Shown piece by piece: positions 16,294 to 26,298 of a stretch of DNA of 64,000 nucleotides. The stretch is from a virus, in IMG/VR virus record IMGVR_UViG_3300028028_000001, positions 32,001-96,000 of that record; one strand, given 5' to 3'. Under the pieces are notes generated by a model. The model was not told the DNA's origin, did no database searches, and worked only from the letters and a program-made list of their open reading frames with translations. The position numbers and the translations under genes are program-made. The number at the start of each line of letters is the position of its first letter. Position 1 is the first letter of the stretch.

Positions 16294-17079
16294 ATGTCGA
16301 TCCCCTTCGAACTCTCCGGATCCCTCCTCGCTCGCCCGCTCCGAAAAGCGGTGAGCGCGCGGACTCGTCCGCTTGAAGGGTTCCTGACTACCTACGGCGT
16401 ACTCAGCGAAAACGGCGGGATCATCCCGACCGCTGACCGAGACGGGCAGGTCATGGAAGCCGCCTCTGCTCTGGGGCTCATCGACTTTCAGGAGTACCTC
16501 CGAACCGGGCTCTGGAACGATACCCACGATGACACCGTGATTGTAGGGCGCTCCGATGGCCTGGAGTTTCACAACGGCTCGACGAAGTTGTCACAGGCTC
16601 ACCGGAAGGTCGGCTACTTCACGGCCGGGCACTTGTTCGACCCTGCGAACCCGGCTTCTTTCGGGGACTACAAGCCCTCGCCAAAGGAACTGGAACGCTC
16701 GGACTACTTCTGGGACCTCGCCAGCAGTACCCTGGGCGAAACCGATCGCGGGTTGGCTTTTTCGGCTCATGGCCGGATGTGGACCGACCCGACAAATACC
16801 AGGATTTTGACGGCGAAGATTGATCAGGTGGCGGTCTGCGAAACCCCGGTCAATCCCTACTGTCCTGCCGAGATCCCCGAAGTGTCGGCTGAACTTGCGA
16901 AGGCGGTCAAGAAGCCGACTGCTTCCTCTTTGCTTGCTTCCCTCAAACCGGAGACGCGGGAAAAGCTGGTCGCCATCATCAAGAAGCGTTTCCCCCATCT
17001 GTCAGACGCGGAGATCGATACCGTTCTTCTGAAACTGGCAGAAAACCACCACTATGGAGTAAAATCCGATGCCCAATGA
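16294..17079 (+). CDS. Putative prohead maturation protease
   Basis: Sits directly upstream of the scaffold and capsid genes. 'WNDTHDDTVIVGR', 'GLAFSAHGR' and 'IDQVAVCETPVNPYC' resemble prohead serine protease blocks. Start set to ATG 16294. Confidence 0.55.
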   Translation: MSIPFELSGSLLARPLRKAVSARTRPLEGFLTTYGVLSENGGIIPTADRDGQVMEAASALGLIDFQEYLRTGLWNDTHDDTVIVGRSDGLEFHNGSTKLSQAHRKVGYFTAGHLFDPANPASFGDYKPSPKELERSDYFWDLASSTLGETDRGLAFSAHGRMWTDPTNTRILTAKIDQVAVCETPVNPYCPAEIPEVSAELAKAVKKPTASSLLASLKPETREKLVAIIKKRFPHLSDAEIDTVLLKLAENHHYGVKSDAQ

Positions 17080-17746
17080 AAAGAAGCCGCTCGATGACCT
17101 GATCGAGCAGATCGATGCCTCTGTCGTCACCTCGGCAATGCAGCCGCTGGTGGACGGGTTCAAGGACCTTGCGAAAGCGGTCAAGGACTTCACCGACAAG
17201 GAAGACGACGAGAAGGAAGACAAGGAAGAGGAGTCCGACCCCGACATCCACGAGGACAAGGAGGACGAATCCGATCCTGACATCCACGAGGACAAGGAAG
17301 AGCCCCCGCACAAGGCCAAGGAAGACGACTCCGACGCCATGGAAAAGGCGATCGCGCTCGACGTGACCGAGTACCTTGACCGGTGGTCCAGGGATCTCCC
17401 GGCGCTCACCTCCGAAGTCAAGGCGCTCCGCAAGGACAACGCGGACCTTCGGAAGGCGGTGGCCGCTTACGCGGACCATTCGGCAGCGCTCACCAAGGCC
17501 GTGCTCTCCCTCGCCGAAGTCCGCAAGCCTGCCGAGGCCTCCCCGGCTCCCGTGGTCGCCGAAGCCGCTGGAGAGCGCTTCGAGGCTCCGGTCGTTCTGT
17601 CCGTGATTCCCATGGAGAAACTCACCAAGGCCGTGATGTCCGGCGTCATCGACGGTCGCCACTTCGACAACTACACCTCCACCAAGCGTTTCGACCCCAA
17701 CGACATCACGAACGATCGGCTTCACAAAGCCGTCTCCGCTCTCTGA
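17069..17746 (+). CDS. Putative scaffolding protein (acidic, helical)
   Basis: Lies between the protease and the capsid gene. D/E/K-rich with an internal tandem repeat. Confidence 0.6.
   Translation: MPNEKKPLDDLIEQIDASVVTSAMQPLVDGFKDLAKAVKDFTDKEDDEKEDKEEESDPDIHEDKEDESDPDIHEDKEEPPHKAKEDDSDAMEKAIALDVTEYLDRWSRDLPALTSEVKALRKDNADLRKAVAAYADHSAALTKAVLSLAEVRKPAEASPAPVVAEAAGERFEAPVVLSVIPMEKLTKAVMSGVIDGRHFDNYTSTKRFDPNDITNDRLHKAVSAL
17216..17302 (+). repeat. 36-nt tandem repeat, about 2.4 copies, inside the scaffold gene
   Basis: Units 17216-17251 and 17252-17287 encode 'EDKE(E/D)ESDPDIH'. A partial third unit runs to 17302. Confidence 0.85.
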
Positions 17747-17777
17747 TCCCATCCCAACCCCACAAGGACAAAACACC

Positions 17778-19379
17778 ATGAACCCTCAGACTCTCCTCCT
17801 CGCCTTGACGATGGCCTATTCGTTCTCCGCTGACGGCTCCGTCTCGATGAACAAAGCCGTCACATCCAGCACGATCGCCAGCGCGGTCCCCGAGTCGCTG
17901 GAAATGCAGGCCGCCATCGCGACCTGGAGCGACCGAACCCCGGGCGTCAACACCCTGCTCAAGCTCATCCCGCGCGCCGTCGCCACGAAGCAGGAGCACA
18001 AGTACGTCAGCCTCGACTCCTGGGGCGACGTGGCCCACCAGACCGGCATGGGCACCGAGACCGGCACCCCCGCGAGCCTCCAGTTCTCCTCGACCACCCC
18101 GGTTGTGTGGCTCCAGATCTGCAACCAGGCGACCGACGTCTACTTCATGGCCGAGCTCCAGAAGATGGTCGGCATTGAAGGGACCGTGGATCCCGTCGTC
18201 GTCGCCACCAACGCCACCCTCAAGCGTGAAGCGTGGCTCACCAACCGCAACATGTACCTGCTCGACACCAGTAAGAGCCGCGCAGGCGTCGGCGCCGCCG
18301 GTCGCGTCTACAAGGGCGTCCTTCAGCAGGTTCGCGAGGGCACCGACGGCACCACGGGTTCCTCGACCTTCGGCTCGCACGAGATCGACCTTCGTGGCGC
18401 GGACATCACCTCCGATAACATCCGCACCCAGATCGCCCACATCCTGGAGTACTACGGCATGGCCAACGTGCTCCTGATGCCGCCCACCCCGCGAGGCAAC
18501 CTGGAAAGCTCCCTCGAAGGCGCCAACCGCATCACCATGGGCGGCGTGGACATTCGAACCCACCTTCTGGGCAACTCGATCGCCGGCCTCCAGAGCCAGG
18601 GCAACGTCATGTGGTTCGCCACCGAGCTCGCGCTCAGCGCGAAGAACTCGAAGCCCCGATACACCGCGCCTCCCGCCGGCTGGGCAACCACCACGGTCCC
18701 GACCGTCGTGTCTGCCGTGGTCGCTGGTGGAACCTCGGGCAACGCCTCGCTGTGGGGCGCCTCGGACGATGGCAACATCTACCACGTCGTCACCGAGGTT
18801 GTCAACGAGCTCGAAGGCGCGGGAACCCGTGAGCCTGCCGGCGCCGCCTACAACGCGGTCGCAGTCGGGCAGGAAGTCCGCCTGACCCTCACCCCGGGTT
18901 CCGTGGATGCCGATCGCCTCCGCGTCTACCGTGGCCACGATACCGACGTGAGCCCCGGCGGCACCGCTGGCGCCGTGACTGAGGCTTGGTTCCTCTTCGA
19001 GGTGGCCGCGAACGGCGCGGTTCCCGTCGTGACCTACGACTACAACCAGAGCCTGCCCCGCACCGCCTGGGCCGTCGCGCTCGACATCCAGAGCCCGGTC
19101 GCCGACGCCATGTTCAACCCGAGAGGCAACTCCCTGGGCGCCAACTATGCCGACGCCAACGACGCCGCGATCTCGCAGATCGGCTACCGCGACAACGGTA
19201 TGACCTCGAACGTGAGCTTCGCGCAGCTCGGGCCCGCTCCCATGCGCCTCCAGCTCGCCCCCGTGGCCCTGACCGCCCCGATGGGCCGCCCCGTGATCCT
19301 CCGCGTCGGCGCCCCCGTCGTGCGGATCCCGCAGCGCTGCTTCACCTTCAAGAACGTTCGTGACGTGGTTTACAACTAG
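17778..19379 (+). CDS. Major capsid protein (533 aa)
   Basis: Follows protease and scaffold, and is followed by a terminator. Very high GC3. No specific motif recognised, so the call is positional. Confidence 0.7.
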   Translation: MNPQTLLLALTMAYSFSADGSVSMNKAVTSSTIASAVPESLEMQAAIATWSDRTPGVNTLLKLIPRAVATKQEHKYVSLDSWGDVAHQTGMGTETGTPASLQFSSTTPVVWLQICNQATDVYFMAELQKMVGIEGTVDPVVVATNATLKREAWLTNRNMYLLDTSKSRAGVGAAGRVYKGVLQQVREGTDGTTGSSTFGSHEIDLRGADITSDNIRTQIAHILEYYGMANVLLMPPTPRGNLESSLEGANRITMGGVDIRTHLLGNSIAGLQSQGNVMWFATELALSAKNSKPRYTAPPAGWATTTVPTVVSAVVAGGTSGNASLWGASDDGNIYHVVTEVVNELEGAGTREPAGAAYNAVAVGQEVRLTLTPGSVDADRLRVYRGHDTDVSPGGTAGAVTEAWFLFEVAANGAVPVVTYDYNQSLPRTAWAVALDIQSPVADAMFNPRGNSLGANYADANDAAISQIGYRDNGMTSNVSFAQLGPAPMRLQLAPVALTAPMGRPVILRVGAPVVRIPQRCFTFKNVRDVVYN

Positions 19380-19398
19380 TCGCGGCTTCGAGGTATAA

Positions 19399-19425
19399 GG
19401 GGATCGCTCTGCGGTCCCTTTTTTC
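19399..19425 (+). terminator. Rho-independent terminator after the capsid gene
   Basis: GGGATCGC-tct-GCGGTCCC (8 bp, one G-U pair) followed by TTTTTT. Confidence 0.65.
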
Positions 19426-19436
19426 TTGGAGTTTGC

Positions 19437-20204
19437 ATGATTGCCATTGAGTACATTTCGCCGATTTCGATCCGGATCAATGGAATCACCGTCGATTTTC
19501 GCGCCCATGATTTCAGGGGCCGCTCCCGGTTTATGGCCTTTGTCGCCGAAGACATGCCGATCGGGTTCTTCAAATCGAAGGGCTACACGATCCACGGCAT
19601 CGTCGCGGATCCTCCTGTTCCGACGCTCAAGGCCCCTCCGCTGGCGTCCGGCGCGATCTACTCCCTCCCGGAAACGCTGGCGCACGCCTTCCTCCGAGGA
19701 TGGACCCTGGAAGACCTCTGGGGCGCTGGCAAGGGCGGCAAGTGGAATGACGAGGGCGGGCGCGGAACTTGCGGCCTGACGGTTGTGGAGTGCGCTCTGG
19801 CGTCCCCTCCGAAGGGTTGGGTTCCTGGTTGCGGCGCGAAGCCCTGGGAGATGGCTGGGTGGATCGCACCTGCGCAGACCTGGGCGCCGCCTGTCGTCGT
19901 CGAACCTGTTGTGGAGGCTGAGCCCGAAGTGGTGGCCGAGGAACCTGCCGAAGAGCCCCAGGCGGAACCAGAAGTGGAGCCAGAAGTGGAACCCGTGAAG
20001 GAGAAGATCCCCGAGTCCTGGACCGCTGATGAGTGGGAGCGGATGGCCTCGGCGATCCGCGAGGTCCACAAATCCGACGATCCCCCCAAGCGTGGGCGCC
20101 TGGAATGGCTCTGGAAGAACAAGGCCACCGATGACAAGCGGCGCAAGATGCCGGCGCTCTCGGACGATGACCTGAACCTGCTTCTCGGCCGGGCCTTCGC
20201 GTGA
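19437..20204 (+). CDS. Hypothetical virion-module protein with a P/E-rich region
   Basis: ATG with GGAG upstream. 'EPVVEAEPEVVAEEPAEEPQAEPEVEPEVEP'. The N-terminal ~100 nt are lower in GC. Confidence 0.6.
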   Translation: MIAIEYISPISIRINGITVDFRAHDFRGRSRFMAFVAEDMPIGFFKSKGYTIHGIVADPPVPTLKAPPLASGAIYSLPETLAHAFLRGWTLEDLWGAGKGGKWNDEGGRGTCGLTVVECALASPPKGWVPGCGAKPWEMAGWIAPAQTWAPPVVVEPVVEAEPEVVAEEPAEEPQAEPEVEPEVEPVKEKIPESWTADEWERMASAIREVHKSDDPPKRGRLEWLWKNKATDDKRRKMPALSDDDLNLLLGRAFA

Positions 20205-21106
20205 CACTTGAGCGCACCCTTGGCCTGACGTGCCCCATCCCGGAGGCCATCGACGCTCAGCTTTGGTTGGACCGGTTCGCGTGGCCCCTCCTGGAATCGG
20301 TTGGCGCGTCTCGGTCCAAAAGTGTCTTCGAGAACACCGATCCCGTGGTCCGGGCGAAACTGCTGGACGCGGTACGCTGGCAACTTCGGGCCGTGCTGTC
20401 CGAGGCCGAGATCAAACTCGGCGTGCCCATGGGCATCCGCGTGGTCAAGTCCGATCCTGTGGACTCCGGTCTTCGGCAGGGCATCGACTATGACGAGCGG
20501 ATCGGGAGAACCCCCTTCTATCCCGAGCAATGCCGGGATGAGTACTACCCGCTCGAACTCCCGTCAGGCACGATATCGATCGAACGGGTCCGCCTGTACT
20601 ACCTTCGGAACCTCGTCTATGAGTTTTCCCCTGCCATGGGCAACGAAGACGCGATCCGGCTGGCCAACATGCGGACGGGCGCGGCGAACCTGATCCCTCA
20701 AGGTGCGCCGTATCTGCTCACGTCCACCGCGTGGCTCCCGATGATGCTCCCTTCCTTCTCACTTGGGAGGACCACCCCGGACGCCTGGGCCATCGACTAC
20801 ACCCTGGGCCCGGTCACTGTCACCGGGGAGATCGGGCGGATTGAACTCGTGGTGGTGAACTGGTGCTATGCCGCTGCGGCTAAGATGATCTTCGCCCAGG
20901 CCGGCCTTGCCCGTAGCCAGGGGCTTACCAACGCCTCCCTTTCCTTTGACGGGTTCTCCAAGTCGATCGGTCTGTCGTCGGGCGCAAACACCGGGCTTTA
21001 TTCGGCGATCGAGAAGTCCTGCCAGGACCTGATGGATCGGATCGATTGGCGCGCTTTGCGGTCCATGAAGCGAGGGGGCCCGAGGATTCTTCCTTATGGC
21101 TCGTGA
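20201..21106 (+). CDS. Hypothetical head/neck-module protein
   Basis: GTGA overlap with the upstream stop. Coding-like composition. Call is positional. Confidence 0.6.
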   Translation: MTLERTLGLTCPIPEAIDAQLWLDRFAWPLLESVGASRSKSVFENTDPVVRAKLLDAVRWQLRAVLSEAEIKLGVPMGIRVVKSDPVDSGLRQGIDYDERIGRTPFYPEQCRDEYYPLELPSGTISIERVRLYYLRNLVYEFSPAMGNEDAIRLANMRTGAANLIPQGAPYLLTSTAWLPMMLPSFSLGRTTPDAWAIDYTLGPVTVTGEIGRIELVVVNWCYAAAAKMIFAQAGLARSQGLTNASLSFDGFSKSIGLSSGANTGLYSAIEKSCQDLMDRIDWRALRSMKRGGPRILPYGS

Positions 21107-21869
21107 ACCGTTCTTCTTCGGCGTTCATGCCGACGACTTCCCGGCTCTGCACTTCGATTCGATCGAGTACGATCACGCGATTGAGGAGCACGGGCAGAAC
21201 ATCGAACTCCGGCGCGCGGTTCTGTGTCCTTGCGCCCGAATCGAGGATCACCGGCCACGGGGAACCTGCACGACGTGTAAGGGCCTCGGACTGGTCTACC
21301 CGGAAACGATGCGAGAAGAGACCCGGGTGCTTCTGTCAACCCGTGCCCCTCGGAAGACTCCGGAGGGCGCCACGGTCTACGTCGTGGGCACCATTTGGGC
21401 TTCTTTTCGGCTCGGGTACGTCCCTGGTGACGGGGATCTGATTCTACCCGAGGAGGAAGAGCACGTCGTCCACCAGACCATCTTCCGTGAGTCGCTACAG
21501 GTCACCACGGGGGCGGCATGGGCCCGAGCTACCGCACACGATCAGGTGCCGCCCGTCCTTCGACCCGCGCAGGATCGGCTTCTGTACCCAGATCCTACGA
21601 CGATCGAAGCCGTGCTCTGGAAGAACGGCGATACCCTGATCACTGCCGGCGCTCTCGATTACTCGATCGTCGGTGATCGTATCGTGTGGAGCGGCGCAAG
21701 GTCTCCGGCTCCGGGCGTGGCCTACACGATCCGATATCGGGCGAAAGCGGCCTATCAGTTGCAGCCGTCAGAACCTCTCTACCGGATGGAGGCAGATTCC
21801 GGGCTCCCCTACCGCTGCCAGGCCGTGCGCCTCGACCGCGTTGGATGGCCTGATGTTCGGGATGTTTGA
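21096..21869 (+). CDS. Hypothetical virion protein with a Cys cluster
   Basis: 'CPCARIEDHRPRGTCTTCKGLG'. Lies in the neck module. Confidence 0.6.
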   Translation: MAREPFFFGVHADDFPALHFDSIEYDHAIEEHGQNIELRRAVLCPCARIEDHRPRGTCTTCKGLGLVYPETMREETRVLLSTRAPRKTPEGATVYVVGTIWASFRLGYVPGDGDLILPEEEEHVVHQTIFRESLQVTTGAAWARATAHDQVPPVLRPAQDRLLYPDPTTIEAVLWKNGDTLITAGALDYSIVGDRIVWSGARSPAPGVAYTIRYRAKAAYQLQPSEPLYRMEADSGLPYRCQAVRLDRVGWPDVRDV

Positions 21870-22777
21870 TGAAACTGGAGATCCCCCGGCTGACGTTCAA
21901 CGTGGAGTTGTCCTCGTTCCAGGGCCTTGAGCGGATCGGTCTGGAGCAGGTAGGCGCGGCTCTTGAGTCGGCGACGTGGCGCACCGCTCAATGGATGAGG
22001 AACCAGTGGGCAGACCAGGCGCAGCGGATGGGCGTTCATGACACGGGCGCCTATCTCCGAGGAATACGAGAAGATGGCATGATCGTGCCGGTTTCGTCGA
22101 ACCTAGCGGATCCGTCGGCCGCTATGTTTGCCGTCGTGCTCGACGTGGTGAACACCGCGAAGCACGCGCAGGCGGTGGAGGAGGGGTCCATGGCCTTCCA
22201 TATGCCCGATCGCGTGGATTGGGCCCGATCGGGTCGGGTCAAGGTCTCCAAAAAGGGCGTTCCTTACATCCATGTCCCGTTTCGGCACTACACGCACGCG
22301 GCGAGCGGGTCAACGGCTACCGCCCTGCGCTCGATGATGACGAAGGAGATCACAGCGGAGGCCAAGACGCTCGACCGTCGGTTGGCCCTTGGCGCTGGGT
22401 TCCAGCATACGCCAGAGGGCCAGTTCGTAGCCGTTGACAAGTACCGCTGGGCGGGCCTGTCGGACAAGAAGAGGATCACGAGGCCCGGGGCAAGTGTCGG
22501 CGATCCGGAGTGGCGTGGAGCGAAGCACGTCGCGTTCGGGATGGTCAACCCCGCGTGGAAGTCGTCGAAGTACGAAGGGCTCATGAAGACGGACCCGGAA
22601 AAGCATACCAACTACATGACGATCCGCACGATGACTCGGGACTCTCCAGGGTGGAACATCCCGGCAAAGGCCGGCAAGTGGGTTGCCCGGACTACTGCGC
22701 AGATCACAGAGTCCTCCGATGAGGTAAAGAAGACCTTTGAAACGGCTTTCGCAAAGGCGATATTGAAGGTGCTATGA
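21869..22777 (+). CDS. Hypothetical head-tail joining-module protein
   Basis: ATG 21869 shares one base with the upstream TGA (TGATG). Weak HK97 gp10-like feel ('HDTGAYLRGI'). Confidence 0.55.
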   Translation: MKLEIPRLTFNVELSSFQGLERIGLEQVGAALESATWRTAQWMRNQWADQAQRMGVHDTGAYLRGIREDGMIVPVSSNLADPSAAMFAVVLDVVNTAKHAQAVEEGSMAFHMPDRVDWARSGRVKVSKKGVPYIHVPFRHYTHAASGSTATALRSMMTKEITAEAKTLDRRLALGAGFQHTPEGQFVAVDKYRWAGLSDKKRITRPGASVGDPEWRGAKHVAFGMVNPAWKSSKYEGLMKTDPEKHTNYMTIRTMTRDSPGWNIPAKAGKWVARTTAQITESSDEVKKTFETAFAKAILKVL

Positions 22778-23484
22778 CGGTTCCCGTTCTTCCCAACAGC
22801 GCCAACTTCACGGAACTCCGGATCCGCGAGATCCTTCTTCGAGGCATCGTTGACCTGGCCTCCGATGAAGAGCGGCTCAACCTCCTTTTCCGCAGGGTGG
22901 ACGGTCTGCCGCAGGGCACCCAAGAGACCTGGGCCGAAGACCTGAAAACGCTCTTGAAACTTTCGGTTACGGACCCTGCCGCCAGGATCCGGGTCATCAT
23001 TGGCTACCCCTGGGATGTCAACTCCCTACCATGCTGGTCGATCGTGAAAGAAGGGGGCTCGGAGAACGATTCCGAGGCCACCATGGGCGATGAAGCCGGC
23101 CTCGTGAACGTCCAGACCGGGCATATCCACGATTCAGACGGCGTTGAATGGCCCCGGATCGTCGGGTATACGGCTTACGGGATCCCGTGGACATCGAACT
23201 TCCAGATCGGGACCTGGGCCACGACTCCGGATGTTTCGATCCTTCTGCACGAAGCCGCGATCGAGATTCTGGACATCGCCCGGGGGGAGCTCGATACCTC
23301 TGGCGTCCAGTCCATCTCCCTCTCCGAGCCGGGTGGGATGATCCCGAACCCGGAACAGCATCCCTCCCTTGGCGTGGGGTATATCCCGCTCGTTCGCGTC
23401 TCCTGTAAGTGGACTCGCCTCCGGTTGCAGAAGCGCTCCCCTCGTCCAACACACGTCACACGCCGCACCACGACCCTCCTGTAA
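22774..23484 (+). CDS. Hypothetical tail-completion-module protein
   Basis: ATGA overlap at 22774. Lies immediately before the sheath gene. Confidence 0.55.
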   Translation: MTVPVLPNSANFTELRIREILLRGIVDLASDEERLNLLFRRVDGLPQGTQETWAEDLKTLLKLSVTDPAARIRVIIGYPWDVNSLPCWSIVKEGGSENDSEATMGDEAGLVNVQTGHIHDSDGVEWPRIVGYTAYGIPWTSNFQIGTWATTPDVSILLHEAAIEILDIARGELDTSGVQSISLSEPGGMIPNPEQHPSLGVGYIPLVRVSCKWTRLRLQKRSPRPTHVTRRTTTLL

Positions 23485-23496
23485 GGAGCGCTCTCC

Positions 23497-25290
23497 ATGT
23501 TCATCACGTTCAACGGCGAAAAAGTCTACATTCCTGGAGCGTACTCCTCGACCGAGATCGTTTCGACGCTCGAAGGCCCCACGGCTTCGTTCCAGGTCCC
23601 CATGCTCATGGGCGCGGCGGACTACGGGATCCCCTACCATTTCCCGGAGATCAAGTTCTCCGACGAGCCCGCGCAGAACCCCTGGATCATGTGCGGCGAT
23701 TTGACCACGCTCAAGCGGTTCTTCAACCGAGATTCCGAGATTGCGACGGCATACGAGACGGCGGCACTTCACGGGCTCCCCTACTCCTACGTCGCCTGCA
23801 TGTCGAAACTCACGCGCGAAACCGTGGTCGCCACCTCCGGCGCTGGTCCCGTGGTCAACGAGCAGACGATCTACTCTCGCCTTGCTGGTGCTCCGGGTGG
23901 GTTCCATAAGATCAGTTACACCGCTGCGCACGTCTTCACAGTCATCCCGGTCAAGGACTTCTCGATGCTCACCGCCAACGCGGCGGGCGCTGCGACCAGG
24001 GTCTACGTCAAGAGCAACTCCTGGGTCACAGATGGCATGACTCTCACGATCGGCGGAAACGCCATCGTCGCGGAAACGAAGGTGGTAGCCACGCCCGGAA
24101 CAGGTGAGGAACTCTCTTCGACCGGTCAGAAACTCTACTGGATCGAGTTCACCACGGGGCTCGCGAACCCGATGACCACGGCGGCTTACAGCCTCGTGTG
24201 CTCCCATGACGCTCCGATCGTCGGCTCCGCACTCACCACGGGTCAGAAACTCTACGATTGGCTCAACACCGATCCGGCCGCGAAGCTCGTCCTGGGCTCC
24301 AAAAAAGAGTCCACCTACACGGGCACCCGGCCCACCACGATCGCGGCGGCTACCTTGATGAAGGAGATCGCGACCTGGGGCGCCAACACCGCTGGGACCT
24401 CGCCGAAGCCCGCACTCACGGACTTCACCGACTTCATCACGGACATGGACGCCTCGGCCTGGGATGACTTCATTCAGGTCTATGACGACGTGCCCCGGCT
24501 TTTCTACGTCGTGGACCCCACGAACACGGTTCATGAGGCCATGCGCAACTGGGCGATTGCCAAGCGGTCCTCGACGACTCCGGGCGACTATTCGATCAAG
24601 GTCCTTACCGGGTGCGCCTGGGGCGATGTCGTTGTCGCCTCGGGGACCACGACTTCGCCGACCTTTCGAGCGCAGGCCATCGACAATCAGGATGTTGTCC
24701 TGGTTGCCAACGGCTTCAACTGGCAGGCCGCATACCTTTCCCACGCGGCGGCCGTTTTCGGGATGATCGTCGCGGGCGGCGTGAACCACAACCTGACCCA
24801 GGACCGATATGTCGGCATCATGGCGTGGGAAGCGAAGTGGAACGAGCGGGCGCTCGGCGAACTCACCACGCTGCACAAGTACGGGGTTCTCACGAACCGG
24901 CTCGCGGTAGACAACTCTGGATCCTACTGGGTCGTTTCGCAGGGGCTTTCGACGCTCCAGGCGAACTCGGTCTCCTGGAACCCTGACGCGACGACTCCGC
25001 TGATTCAGCAGCGCGACCTCCAGGACTTCGTGAAGCGGGATCTCGACTTTGTTCTCGTGCGGTCGCAACTCGGCCAGGACGAAACCGATCGCAACTCGAT
25101 CACCTCGGCGCTGGTCGCTCGGGCAACCGGCTACCACTACGACAACGGGTTCATCGAGGATGGCACCTACAAGATCACTTCTACCGCGCTTGACCCCTCC
25201 GGCGCTGGCTGGGTTGTCGGCGACACCTATCGCCTGCCCACCACGGTAGACTGGATCACGACTGTTCACCGCGTCCTCGTGGGCGAGTAA
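23497..25290 (+). CDS. Tail sheath protein
   Basis: AAGGAG RBS. N-terminus 'VYIPGAYSSTEI...GPTASFQVPMLMGAADYG' is sheath-like. 597 aa, followed by the tube gene. Confidence 0.75.
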   Translation: MFITFNGEKVYIPGAYSSTEIVSTLEGPTASFQVPMLMGAADYGIPYHFPEIKFSDEPAQNPWIMCGDLTTLKRFFNRDSEIATAYETAALHGLPYSYVACMSKLTRETVVATSGAGPVVNEQTIYSRLAGAPGGFHKISYTAAHVFTVIPVKDFSMLTANAAGAATRVYVKSNSWVTDGMTLTIGGNAIVAETKVVATPGTGEELSSTGQKLYWIEFTTGLANPMTTAAYSLVCSHDAPIVGSALTTGQKLYDWLNTDPAAKLVLGSKKESTYTGTRPTTIAAATLMKEIATWGANTAGTSPKPALTDFTDFITDMDASAWDDFIQVYDDVPRLFYVVDPTNTVHEAMRNWAIAKRSSTTPGDYSIKVLTGCAWGDVVVASGTTTSPTFRAQAIDNQDVVLVANGFNWQAAYLSHAAAVFGMIVAGGVNHNLTQDRYVGIMAWEAKWNERALGELTTLHKYGVLTNRLAVDNSGSYWVVSQGLSTLQANSVSWNPDATTPLIQQRDLQDFVKRDLDFVLVRSQLGQDETDRNSITSALVARATGYHYDNGFIEDGTYKITSTALDPSGAGWVVGDTYRLPTTVDWITTVHRVLVGE

Positions 25291-25299
25291 GGAGCTTCG

Positions 25300-25788
25300 A
25301 TGGGTTACGCTGACTATCAGACTTCGGGCGCGTATGCGGCAAAGCAGGCCGGCGCCTTCCATTCCGTCGTGCTCCAGAACGAGGCGGACGCCACCGACAA
25401 GTTGGTCGGCGCCACCACGGGGATCTCCTGGAACGAGGACTATGAAGGGATCCCGGTGGAAGAGATGGGCAACGATGGCGTCGACGAGCATGTTGACGGT
25501 CGCATGACCGTCTCAGGCTCCTTCACCATGAACGCCTCCTCACAGCGCCTCGACGCCATGCCGACGCGCCAGGACTTCATCGGCAAGCGCTACACGATCA
25601 CGCAGCAAGTCGCAAAGTCGGCGGACTCGACGGCGATCGGGACCGTGGTCTGGGTCTGTACCAAGTGCAAGATCACCGGGATTTCCGGGCAGAACGCGGC
25701 GCGCGGGATTCAGACGCTTTCGGTGAACTTCGTCGGTTCGCGGCGCTACTCCGGCGCGGAATGGGCCGACCTGACTGGGGCGATGTAG
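25300..25788 (+). CDS. Tail tube protein
   Basis: 162 aa directly after the sheath gene, GGAG RBS. 'GISWNEDYEGIPVEEMGNDG...GRMTVSGSF' is tube-like. Confidence 0.7.
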   Translation: MGYADYQTSGAYAAKQAGAFHSVVLQNEADATDKLVGATTGISWNEDYEGIPVEEMGNDGVDEHVDGRMTVSGSFTMNASSQRLDAMPTRQDFIGKRYTITQQVAKSADSTAIGTVVWVCTKCKITGISGQNAARGIQTLSVNFVGSRRYSGAEWADLTGAM

Positions 25789-26298
25789 ATGAAGCGCGCC
25801 ACCGTTTCGTTCCAGGCGCAAGTCCGGGATCTCTGGGTTCTCCCCGATGGGTCCCTTGGCCCCAAGGAGCAGGCGGCTACCTTCACCATGCACCGGTCCC
25901 CTACCGGCCTGGAACGGCTCAAGATCACCCGTCGAACCCACTCCATCCTCGGCGAGGGCAACGAAGCCGCTGGGCATTTGGAACTCGCGGCGCTCAAGAT
26001 GGCGATTCAAGAGCAGGCTCGGATCGTGCGCGAGGAGATCGGCGAAGTTGAAGACGTTGAGAAGGCCTGGGAAACCCACGAAAGCGAAGCCGCGATCATG
26101 TATGCGGACCTATCTGAGCAGGCGGGCGACCTTTACGCAATGGCCCGGTGGGAACTCCTGGCCGTGGACGTACCCGAGCGATTCCGGAACCTCGCAGAAT
26201 CCGACATCGAAGAGCGGGTCGTGATGGCGCTCCGGGTCGCCTGGTGGAAAGCCGAGGATCCGACTCGCGCGGGAAAAGAGCAGCCCTCCGAGTCCTGA
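25789..26298 (+). CDS. Tail assembly chaperone, short (G-like) product
   Basis: Lies between the tube and tape measure genes. A slippery site sits near its 3' end. Confidence 0.7.
   Translation: MKRATVSFQAQVRDLWVLPDGSLGPKEQAATFTMHRSPTGLERLKITRRTHSILGEGNEAAGHLELAALKMAIQEQARIVREEIGEVEDVEKAWETHESEAAIMYADLSEQAGDLYAMARWELLAVDVPERFRNLAESDIEERVVMALRVAWWKAEDPTRAGKEQPSES

Noticed and set aside
17706-20207. 833-aa ORF on the minus strand
   Set aside because: It is antisense to the capsid gene and its neighbours, which have RBSs, a terminator and coherent synteny. The Arg/Gly/Ala/His-rich translation is typical of the open antisense frame in GC-rich DNA.
23134-25491. 785-aa ORF on the minus strand
   Set aside because: It is antisense to the sheath and tube genes and shows the same high-GC artefact composition (R/G/P/D-rich, no motifs).
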